From Octopus bimaculoides (Eukaryota): DNA of 35,543 nt. The position numbers were made by a program, and so were the translations under genes. The notes under the pieces are model-generated. The model worked only from the letters and a program-made list of their open reading frames with translations, ran no database searches and was not told the origin of the DNA. The stretch spans positions 126,776,421-126,811,963 of the forward strand of contig NC_068985.1 of the NCBI RefSeq assembly GCF_001194135.2. Direction: 5' to 3'. Below are positions 21,692 to 32,479 of the stretch, piece by piece. Position 1 is the stretch's first letter. Every line of letters starts with the position of its first letter.

Positions 21692-22662
21692 AGCTCCCTT
21701 AGCTAGAAATATTTCTATAGCCATAACATTTACTACTTGACTTCCTACCCCAACCCCTACTAACAGCACTGGCACCTACTATTCTCTTTGAATCCCTTTC
21801 ATTTTACTTTCTCTTCCTTTACTGCCTCCTCTCTTCTTATTTACCCTTATATATTTATTTATTTATCTTCTTGTTTTTTTTTCTATCCTAGCATTCCTCC
21901 TCCACTCTCTGTACCTCCAGCTTCCCTACCAATACCTTTCTCTCTTTCTATTTATTTTTCTTTCTCTTTATCCCTCAATATCTACTTCTGCTATCATTCT
22001 CTTATGAACCATATGTTCATGTTTATCTCTGGATATTTACAATATGAAGGTTATAAGCATACATGGATTTACATAGGATTGCACCTAAGGACTTATAAAC
22101 TAATATCTACACTCTCGGAAAGTTGAACTGTGAACTTTTATACTTCTTTTTTCTTCATTTCTTTACTCCTTTACTCCAGTCCTTTATTTCAGCATTTATT
22201 TGATCAATACCCTTCACATTTTCCCTATTTGTCTCCAATGATGGAATATCCCATATTTTGGAATATCCCAGAAACACCTATAAGACTTAATTTTTCTAAT
22301 AATAATAACATATATGACATGAGATGTTTGTCTTGCTTTAGCATTTGTTGTCCTCTTTAACAATTATGTGTGTGTGTGTGTGTGTGTGTATACACATGTA
22401 TGTGTGAATACATATACATGTATGTGTATTTTAACACAGAAATGCACATACACACACACTTTAAGTTATGTCATGTAAACCTGGTCTACCATTTTAATCT
22501 CACTAAAAAGGAGTGCCTAAACAAATCTGACAGACTCGATATAACTAGTTTGACATTTTAGACACTAAACTATATCTTCAAAAATGTTACAATGCTATTT
22601 ATAAATGAACATAACTTCAAATATTTATAGCTTTACTTGTCATAGAGTAATATTTTATTATT

Positions 22663-22781
22663 TTAAAATACAATTTTACTATCTTGTACCTAACAGTTCT
22701 TTTAGCATGTAGGGCAGTTTGTTATTCATTGTTGTGTGTATGACCTATATAGTAGGGACATAAACAGAACAAATTCAGCTA
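22663..22781 (+). repeat. Copy 1 of a about 118-bp direct repeat (copy 2 at 24193-24308)
   Basis: Hand alignment: about 15 substitutions and one 2-nt gap. Confidence 0.85.
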
Positions 22782-23039
22782 TTTCTCCACAGACAGCAAA
22801 GTTGATTGATGAATAGCCTTAATCAATTTACAAACTATTATTAGGTTCTCATCAGAGGTGTCTACATCAGTTTAACCAATCCCAAAGAAACAAACATCTA
22901 ATCTCTTTATATACTCAACTACTCCAACAACTTTAGGGAACTTGAGTTACTAATTTGCATACTGTAAGTGTTAACACTTTATATATAGTGTACAAACTAG
23001 CAGAGTTCTTCACCACTTCACCTATAACCAAGGAGGTAG

Positions 23040-24192
23040 TAATAAATACATTGACATGAAACAAAGAAAATGTAATACAGGCTGAAGATGAGATAAACAC
23101 AAACTCAGCTGATGGCCCTCATGGATTCCCAACAACCCTTCTCGAACCATGCAAATGAGCCCTTGCAAAACTACTGCAGTGTCTTTTTCAGAGCTTCTTT
23201 ACAAGTGGTGAACTCCCAGGCAAATTGAAGGAGAGAATAGTGTGTCCTATTCGTTAAGGCAAGAAGTAGAACAGAAGCTAAAAATTATAGGCCTATCTCT
23301 CTGATCTTACACATCAGCAATCATAGAATGAATAGTTTAAAGGAAACTAATCGCTTTCCTTGAAGAGAATTATTTTCACAGGGCACCGTCTTAGGGCCAC
23401 TGCTATTCATGCTGCTCAGATAACCACCCTTGCTAGCTATGCAGAAGATACAAAAGTCTTTCAGAGGATACAGAACCCTGGAGATATTGCGCACCTGTAA
23501 CAGGAGTTGGACACAATATACAACTGTGCTGAGAACAATAACATACAGTTTAATGCTGGAAAATTCCAAGCCCTATGCTACCAGCACATGAAGCTAAATG
23601 AAATGCACACAGGACACTCAAATCCAGAAGGGATTGCAATCCCTGAATCAAATCAGTGTGTTACCTGGGCATTGACATGTGTAATGATGCATCTTTCCAG
23701 GTGTATATTACTAAGCTGACAATAAAATGCAGACAACTAGCAGAATAGATCCTTGGAACTTTTAGAACAAGAGAACCATGATGGTCCTCTGGAGGACATT
23801 TGTCCTCAGCTAATTAGACTACTGCTCTCAACTATGGTCACCACACTGTAAAATTAATGGTGGAACTCAAAGCAATCCAGTGAAGCTACACAACGATCAT
23901 CTCATTGCAACATGTCAGCTACTGGGAAAGGTTGAAAAAGTTAAGACTCTACTCCCTAGAATGAAGGCAAGAAAGGTATTTAGTGTTATACATCTGGAAA
24001 ATCCTGAAAGAACTTGTACCAAACTTTGGCACTGAAAGTAACACAAACAAGAGAACAGAGTGCCACTGCATTGTACCAAAGATCCCAACATCACCATCAA
24101 AATACAGGACCAGATGCTGCAACAGCTTAGGTTTCAAGGGCCTGCAGCTCTTCATTATCCTCCAAAAAAGCCTACGAGACCTGCATGAGGTG
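23040..24192 (+). mobile_element. CR1-like LINE RT remnant with internal deletion
   Basis: SAxGPxG, KNYRPISL, QGTVLGPLLF, YAEDTK, FNAGKFQAL, LYIWKILKELVPN and NSLGFKGLQLF motifs, broken by many stops and frameshifts. Confidence 0.85.
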
Positions 24193-24308
24193 TTAAAATA
24201 TAATTTTATGGTCTTGTACCTTACAGTTCGTTTAACATGTAAGGCTGTTTGTTATTCATTGCTGTGTGTGTGACCTGTATAGTAGGTACATAAACAGGAG
24301 AAATAGCT
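24193..24308 (+). repeat. Copy 2 of the about 118-bp direct repeat
   Basis: Starts exactly where CR1 homology stops. Confidence 0.85.
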
Positions 24309-24749
24309 GAATTTGTGTCTTCAAAACAAAACTGGATCTCCTCCTGTGAAGAGCTCCAGATGAACCTACCTCACAACAGAAAGCACAGCTGAGGGAAGTA
24401 GCATCAAACTCCCTCGTTCACAAAACGCCACCTATCAGATGAGGTTTCAAGTAGTGAAAGTGTAGCAAAGCTAATGATGATGCCCCATCATAGCTGCAGG
24501 TTTCGAACTGAAACTAGTCATGTATGTGTGTGCGTGCATGCGTGCGTGTAAATTTTGGGTATAAGTCAATTAGTGTGTTGATGTGTTGAGTAAAGCACTA
24601 GCACAGTTTGGGCTACCTGATGTTATCCAATGTTGGGGTATATTTCCTTTGGATCAACTTCAGGAATTATGCAGTGTTAGTTGAGATAAAGACTAATACC
24701 AAATCTATCTTCTGTTTCCTTAATCAATTATTATATGTGTGTGTGTGTG

Positions 24750-24925
24750 TGTGTATGCACTCACACACAACAGGCTTTTTTTTCTGCTTTCATCTACCAA
24801 ATCCACAGACAAAGCATTGATCGATCTGAAGCTATAACAAAAGACACTTGCCCAAAGTGCCACCCATTAGGACTGAACCTATAACCATGTGGTTTGGAAA
24901 TAAACGTCTTACCACACAGCCAAGC
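24750..24925 (-). mobile_element. SINE family B, 5' half
   Basis: gacacttgcccaaagtgcc...ggactgaacc...cttaccacacagcc. Confidence 0.75.
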
Positions 24926-25332
24926 CAGGCTATCTTGTGCTGTTTACAGCTATGAAACTTCCTATCTTTAAAATGTAATCTAGATATTTATACAAATTCA
25001 TAGAATAATTGCTAAGTTGTAATGTTGGATTTTTGATATTCAACAGAATCATTTCATAGTGTTTGTATAAAATCCATTTAATACCAGTTACAAAAGTCTT
25101 CCATATGTGCTGCCTTATGCTATCCATAAATATAAATTGTTGGTGATTTGCATATGTAATTAGCAGCAGCTAATAAAAATTTTAATTTTTTTTTTCTCTT
25201 GGTGGAGTCATGTTTGTAGCGTCTCTCTAAGTAGGTTATACTTTTTTTCAAATTGAATCTTTCCAAGATTCATTTTCACTACACCATATCAAACGAAAAT
25301 GATACATGTGTGTATGATTGTACGCATGTATG

Positions 25333-25371
<39 letters not shown>

Positions 25372-25384
25372 ATAGATATTATGA

Positions 25385-25969
25385 TCATCATCATTTAATG
25401 TCTCCCTTCCATGCTGGCATGAGTTGGATGGCTTAACAGGAGCTGGCCAGGCAGAAACCTGCACCATATTTCTGTGTCTGTTTTGGCATGGTTTTTTAGA
25501 GCTGGATGCCCTTCTAAATGCCAACTACTTTACTGTGTGGACTGGATACTTTTTAAGTGGCACCTGCACTTGAGATGCAGATGCCATTTTGCATGAGGTT
25601 CTCTAGAACCATATACCACCAGACATCTCAGTCTATTGTCATTTCCTCCATGAGCCCCAACATCCTGAAATTGGTCCTCACCACTTCATCCCATGTCTTC
25701 CGTAGGTACCATCCACTTTCAATGACCAGCACTTGTCCAAACCAACATAGTCTCCTCTCTTGCATGCTGCATTTGAATCCGCTTATGCCCAACATTTCTC
25801 TCAACACATTTGCACTTTGTCATTCATGTACACTGATGCTGCCCATCCAGCAGGGCATACTGCCTTCATTCCTCTCTTGTCTTTGCATGTTTTCTGCATT
25901 CAGAGCCTATGTCTCACTAACATGGTGTATAGCCTTTCATACACAGGCATCATACAATCTACATTTCAT

Positions 25970-26003
<34 letters not shown>

Positions 26004-26540
26004 CTTTTATTGCCTACAGAGGTAGCAGCTCTCTGAACTTCCTTCATGCTATTCTTATTCTAGAAACAATACTTTCAGAGCATCCACCCCCAACATTGCT
26101 AATTTGGTCACCTAGGTAACAGAAATTATCTACTACTTCAAGAGAGCCTCCTGAGCATTTGAGAGAGTCTAAGTCCCATGTGCTCTTTCTTGGTGTTTAT
26201 TGTTCTTGCACATCTGCTGCACATGAAGGTGACCTCATCTGTTAATCTACCTGTGATTCCACTGCATCTTTTATGTGTCTTTAGCTTACACTGGGTGCAG
26301 CAAATGGATTAATTCACACTCTTTTCCTACATATTGTGCAGGGCCATTTACCTGACAGAAATAGAGTCTTATCTGCTCTCTTGCTAACAATAATTTTGGT
26401 CTTAGCTAGGTTAAATTTAAGGCCCTTTGATTTCAGGTTTTGCTTCTATACCTGGAATTTCTTCTCCAATTCTGCTACAGATTCTGCAATAAGAGTGAGG
26501 TCATCAGCATATGATGACCACAGGCATCCAGTTTTGAATT
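25385..26540 (-). mobile_element. Degenerate RTE LINE from the YADD motif to the (GAT)n tail, with an internal PHD finger
   Basis: FKTGCLWSSYADDLTLIAES...KGLKFNLAKTK...CTIC/CTQC/HKRC/CSRC...FCYLGD...KFRELLP...RLYDACV...QERRL. Same family as 1-346. Confidence 0.9.
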
Positions 26541-27177
26541 ATTATGTTTACCATTCTATATGTTTCATGTTTTGTTTCTATTGTACCCATCTCTCCCTTC
26601 TTCTTAAGCTCTGTGATAAGTCACAATTGCATCCCTTGTTTTATAAAATCTAATAAATTTCATTTTTGTATGTTATTTAATTACAATTTGAGTTTATTTA
26701 TTATGTTCCAGTCAGATGAAAGTGGAAGACCTGCTTCATTTCATGTTTTATAACCCTCTGTCAGCCATGACCCTCCTGTCTTTTTGTACATCTATGAGTA
26801 CATTATCCAATATATCTATATATCTATCCTTTTCTTAGAAGGTAGGGTTTGATTTGAGAGAATGTGGATTTTGTTTTTTAACTAGTAAAGTGAGTGTGTA
26901 GGGCATCTCTTGTTGGCTCTTCATCCAAAGTGAATTGATCTTGTGATACCTATTGGTAGAATGTCATGTACAATTTTTCATTACAAGCCAACAACTAAAA
27001 TTAAAATATTTATTAACAAATACATAGATTTGTTTTAATATTCCCTTCAAATTATGTGCTCTGAACATAATTTCTGAAATATGTGGGACAAGTATCTAAG
27101 TACAGATTTTGGTTGAAACTGGATACCAATTATTCAAATGAGTTGTAAACCATTCTAGAAATTGTCCACTCAACTCA

Positions 27178-28570
27178 TAGGAGTTGTTCCAAAAGTTGGC
27201 ATAACTTTATCATTAGCTGACTTAGGCTATTCAAATTGCATATGTTGTTTGAACAATTCTTCCTCTATACAATGGTGGTAGTCAACATAGTCTTCATCAG
27301 AAGTGATGCATTTGTGCCATCATTGAACCCTATTTTCAAATTCTCTCTGAAAAATTCAAGTGTGCACTGTTGTACTCATTTCTTCATAGCAACTTTCACC
27401 TTGTCTGTGTCATCAATCTGTTGTATAGTGAAACTGTACACCTCTCCTGGTAAAAAGTGGTAGGAGACAGCCTTTATAAATAGACCAGTAGCTGGTCGAC
27501 ACAAGGAGAGAAGGTCGAGAGTATGTGTAGACTGTGTTGATAGTCATGTCTGTGCTGATATAGTAATTATACTGTGACACTGAGTGGGTGTTATAACACT
27601 CCAACCTTTTGAGGATAATAACACTGTACGACTGGGGGTCATACAGAATTAGATAGAACCATTCTATTGACGACTTTGGAATATAACAATATCTGTCAGA
27701 GCGACAACTATCATCAAAAGACAGATACAACAGTGGCAAAAGCCCGCTTTACAACACAATCGGAGTCTCTAACAATTCTTCTTTTTTGGACTGAAAAGCT
27801 GGAAGTCAAGGAACATCAAAAGCAAACTGTGTGGTAGACAGACATCACTGGTCAGCTCAGTTGGCTGATTACCTGTTTTGCTGCCAAAGATGTGTGAAAT
27901 CATGCATGTCATAGTGAATGTGGATTATTAGCAGATTCTTTTGCAATCTCTTCCTTCTAATGGCTTCTCTAAAATGTTTTACTGTCTTAGTGTGCCACTC
28001 ACTGTTCATGGTACAGCCATGGAACAGAAAACTAAAGGGAATGACACCCTTGTCATACCTAATAGTCTGTGTCAATTACTGGCTCTTGAACTTCTTAGTT
28101 CTTGGAGAGAAGATATGACATAATTTCATGGACTGAGACTTTGTTTCCAGAACACAAGGATACACCTACATTTTGTCCTCTGTCACCAGACAGGAAAAAA
28201 AAAATTATGTCTTCATTAGTTTCCAACAGTCCCAACACTTCAGAACAGACTTCCACACTTCTCTCCTTCAAATCAGGCATAAACTGCACCGATACTCATT
28301 TTGCAAACATGTTCCAATAACCCCAAATCTTCCACTATCTTCTGTAATGCATTATGACAACAGTCCAGTTATGCAGCAAGCTCGCAGATTGTGATTCATC
28401 TATGCATGCACATTAATTTGTCTCCTAGATGGCAATTTGCAGAGTGGTCATGCTTGATGGTCTACAATTGTGTAGCTCATCTTCAATGCTGGTTTAACCC
28501 TTCTTTAAACTTCATGCATATGTACACAATGCTCATGTCAATGGTGTCATTTCTGTAAGCAATGTGTAAC
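27178..28570 (-). mobile_element. Degenerate mariner, interrupted by an insertion at about 27470-27830
   Basis: Minus-strand pieces: FKEG..SIEDE, DLKERSVEVCSEVL, KGVIPFSFLFHG..NSE..FREAIRRKR (ORF 27869..28075), WHKCITSDEDYV. A TIR-like taggagttgttccaaaagtt lies at about 27178. Confidence 0.75.
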
Positions 28571-29462
28571 AATGATGGTGATGGTGTTGTGTGTGTGTGT
28601 GTGTGTGTGTGTTTTCATAGATGATAGGAAACAAAGGACACCATCTGTGTGTCAGTGACATCATTTGCAATAATCACATGAAATCAAGATAAGGAGACAC
28701 TAACACACACACATATTCAACAGCATCAGCACCAAACAGTGTTTAGGTATGAATGAACTTTAGGTTGGTTAAAAAATGTTTGTGACATATTTCAACTTCT
28801 AATGATAAATTCACTGCAATTCTCTATTAATGCAAAACGTGTAAACACACCATATCTGCCCAGTGTTAAAGCTGTGGCTTTAACTAAAACACAATCAACA
28901 ACATTGACTGAATCGTACTATTGGATTGTCAAGTTGGAAGAAATTCAACAGTGTTTAGGCATAAGTGAACTTAATCAAAATATGCAGTGAATTTGCCTTC
29001 AAAAGTTAAAATATGCTACAAACATATTTTAACTAACCTGCTTTAAGAAGTCTCATCCAACTCATACCAGCCTGGGAAAAGTGAACATAAAAACAATGAC
29101 AAAGAGGATAATGATAATGATGGGGAGGGTTTATGTAAATTAATATGGGATTAGCTTCAGTAATTTCATGCATACTTCTATGGAATACATTTATCAAAGT
29201 TAGTCACAGATGTGTACTACTAACCTAGACACTATTGACAATGTCAAATGAAAAGCTAACCATATCATTAGTAGTTTAGTGACTTGTAACTCCGAAGAGG
29301 AAGTAGAGAATATATCTCATAGTATTAACAGTCTTCATGTTGTTGGGGAAAAAAAATAGCAAATTAACCAATTTAATGGTTGGAAGAAATATATGAAAAC
29401 AAAAACAGAAAAAAGAAATTAGCCATAGTATGAATTTTTTTTTTTAATATTTATCAAATTTA

Positions 29463-29660
29463 AGGCAGGGAGCTGGCAGAATCATGAGCAAGTTATGCAA
29501 AATGCTTAGTGGCATTTCATCCGTTTTTATGTTCAAATTCCACTGAAGTCAACTTTGCCTTTCATCCTTACAGGGTGAATAAAGTAAGTACCGGTTGAGC
29601 ACTGGAGTCGATGTAATTAACTAACCCACTCCTCTGAAATTTCTGGCCTTGTACTAAATA
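29463..29660 (+). mobile_element. SINE family A copy
   Basis: aaggcagggagctggcagaatc...aagtcaactttgcctttcatcc...agtaccggttgagc. Confidence 0.8.
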
Positions 29661-29944
29661 TTTATCAAATTTACTCATCAATGGTCATTACAATATATAT
29701 TCTTTCACAGGTTTTTTACATTGAACTGCTGGGATACCAGCTTCAAGTGGTTTAATTGAGTACATCAAACCCAGTATTTCAGTCCGGTACTTACTTGAGT
29801 GATATATTTTATGGACTGACCAAGTTATTTTCTTGACAAGATGTAAACATATCCACAACTGAATGCAAATACACATATCTACAAAAATACATACCCATAA
29901 ATACAAATACACACACACACACACACACACACACATATGTATAT

Positions 29945-30205
29945 TGCTTAGTGGTTATGGAGTTGAACCCATGATAGCGAGATCAATACCTAGGCCAAGT
30001 GGTGCATTGTGTTCTTGAGCAAAACACTTCAACTCACCTGATCACCTGGCGCATGGTACACCGTGCGCTTGTTTAGGCAACATCAGTTTGAAGGAAGAAG
30101 TAAGCTAATGTGTAGTATGAACATTTGATTGCTATAAACAATTCATTTGTGTAGGTCATTCAGCAAAAGCTGAACGCTCATATGTCATCTTCAATGGTAG
30201 AGTCC
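29945..30205 (+). mobile_element. tRNA-derived SINE-like element (another family)
   Basis: A-box-like gcttagtggtta, then gtgttcttgagcaaaacactt, a box similar to SINE central domains. Degenerate. Confidence 0.5.
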
Positions 30206-30476
30206 ATATGNNNNNNNNNNGGGGTATACATATATGCATGTATATGTGTATACATGTATTCAATATTATCTGGGTAATAACCTCATAGTGTGCATTTAAA
30301 AGCTTCTATATAGTTATAAGTTACCATATGCCACCACATAGCAAGGTTAATCATATTATTGGACATACAAGTGGAACTTCATGGAGTGTATACAGAATTT
30401 ATATAAAACTTAACACAGAAAGAAGACAGAATGAACAGGCTTTAATTACAAAACACAAGAATTGTTTCTGTGTAAC

Positions 30477-30910
30477 GATAACAGTTGTTAGCTGCTGAGT
30501 TTTCCTTATCATACTATTACATAAATTATTTAGTAAATAATTAGGTAAATAAATATAATCAAGCAGCAGCACGTCATCGGTTGAGTGTCTTTGATAGCCG
30601 TGCTATCACAGTCACCCCCCACTGATGACATACTGGTACACTGATATCAAAGTACTATCAAAGCCAATCACCTGATGATGTGCCAGTACACGGCTGCTGT
30701 TGGCTCATTTATTTATGCAATTGTTTATAAAATAATTGTGTAATAGTATGATATGGAAAACTCACTGCTATCAAAGTGATACCAAAACCACTGACCTGGT
30801 GGTGTACTGATACACAACTGTTGCTGGGTTATATTTATTAATGTAATTATTTATAAAATAATTTATGCAGTAGTATGATATGGAAAAGTCAGCAATTAAC
30901 AGCTGTTACC
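30477..30910. repeat. Foldback element with about 95-bp inverted arms and an extra internal arm copy
   Basis: 30477-30570 is the inverted copy of 30818-30910. A third copy at 30693-30764 is in the right-arm orientation. Confidence 0.75.
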
Positions 30911-30995
30911 ACTGCACAGAAACTATTGTTATCTATCTGTCTGCCTGTCTGTCTGTCTGTCTGCCTGTCTGTCTGCCTGACTGACTGTTTGTCTG

Positions 30996-31028
<33 letters not shown>

Positions 31029-31189
31029 TTACCTATCTATCTATTTACCTATCTATCTATCTATCTATCTATCCAAATATATAAATATATATATGCACAT
31101 ATGTATGAATGTATGTATGAATGTATGTATGTATGTATGTATGTATGTATGTATGTGTATATGTACATGCATGCATGTGTGTGTGTTCA

Positions 31190-31420
31190 GTGAGTTGCAA
31201 TGTGGGAGTCATTGAAAGAGGAATCCAAAATTCTATTTGCTATAAGTACATCATCAAACAACATCTCAATGGAGCAGTTGGCCTGATTACAACTCCATGG
31301 AAAAAACAACTGATCGCAAACAATAGCAGAAGTGTAAATAGAATAAATATTGCAGAGTCAAACTGGATGAAACAATAAGAAGAGAGCGAAGAGAGAAGAA
31401 GAAAAGAGAGAAGAGGCCAG
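31190..31420 (+). mobile_element. Degenerate RTE/BovB-type LINE C-terminal fragment
   Basis: RGIQNSICYKYIIKQHL...W...IA..SR followed by a KKRAKREEEKR basic tail, resembling RGxPxxRYKDxIKxxL...WRxxxxxE..R..RK. Confidence 0.45.
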
Positions 31421-31931
31421 AAGGCTGAAGAAAGTTCTTCTACACTAGAATGACCAATAGTATTCTGCATAGTGTTTATGCAGGACCTAAATGAATGTTA
31501 CTGCTACCCAGGTGGTGTTTGTATACATATATATATATATATATATATTCACACACACATGCACATACGCACATGTGCATGTGCACACACACACAGTATT
31601 CTGTAATACCAGCATTTTTGGCTATACAAGTAGCTTTGGTTTTCAATTTCACAGAAGAACTAAATATTATTTATGAAGTTCACCTACCATATCATGAAAA
31701 AAAAATTATAAATATACACACACACACACACACACACAAAGATACATATATATATATATANNNNNNNNNNNNNNNNNNNNNNNNNNNNNNNNNNNNNNNN
31801 NNNNNNNNNNNNNNNNNNNNNNNNNNNNNNNNNNNNNNNNNNNNNNNNNNNNNNNNNNNNNNNNNNNNNNNNNNNNNNNATATGTATGTATGTATGTATA
31901 ACAATATATCATAATAATGGTATATATATAT

Positions 31932-32050
31932 AGCTGGAATTTACAGAAAAACAAAAGACGAAGACAGGTGTATTAGTTTAATGCTTGGGAAGGTGAGAAA
32001 GTCTTTTATGTTTTGAGCCTATGCTCTTCAACAGAAAGGAACACAAGGAA
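31932..32050 (-). mobile_element. Penelope-like terminal-repeat fragment with a decayed minimal hammerhead-like motif
   Basis: The minus strand reads CTTT-CTGTTGA-A-GAGC-ATAG-GCTC-AAAA-CA-TA-AAAG at 32003-32038. The Penelope assignment is inferred from this motif. Confidence 0.45.
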
Positions 32051-32069
32051 ATATACAGAGAGTAATAAT

Positions 32070-32355
32070 ATATATGTACTCAGATTTAAAGTGACATATA
32101 TATATAAACAGTTGACTGAAAAATGATGAGCTAACCCAGACCAGAATCTAACCCACAAATCAACACTTACACGGACTGTTAAAGTATATATTCATAAAAT
32201 TTGGCTGAAATTGATGAGTGAGTGTTTGGCCCAAACAGATGCACAAGGAGCCGTGTAAGTGTTGATTTATGGGTTTGATTCTGGCCTGTGTTAGCTCATA
32301 ATTTTACAGTCAATGGTTTATATATAAATGTCACTTTAAATTGGAGTATATATAT
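32070..32355. mobile_element. MITE/foldback element, 105-bp inverted arms with a 76-bp spacer, in (TA)n
   Basis: 32070-32174 versus 32251-32355: 12 mismatches in 105 by hand, with no gaps. Confidence 0.85.
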
Positions 32356-32479
32356 TATTATGATATATTATTATACAGTTATTATTGTGCTAATGGACTT
32401 CCATAGTTGCTCTATCTCCGTAACTTACAAAGACTTCTAGTTTGTTAACAAATATATTAAAAAATATATATATATATAT

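Noticed and set aside
24499-24519. GGTT-TCG-AACT-GAAA-CTAG-TC as a hammerhead
   Set aside because: The 3' half fits (palindromic ACTAGT, GUC), but no CUGANGA lies next to stem II (AGCTGCA instead).
30455-30490. ACAA...GAAACAATTC-TTGT hammerhead-like spacing on the minus strand
   Set aside because: The core reads CTGTTAT and stem II is only 1-2 bp; too weak.
31187-31309. Minus-strand exon-like frame LFFPWSCNQANCSIEMLFDDVLIANRILDSSFNDSHIATH*
   Set aside because: The + strand is better explained as a degenerate RTE/BovB-type C-terminus, and the peptide is unrecognised.
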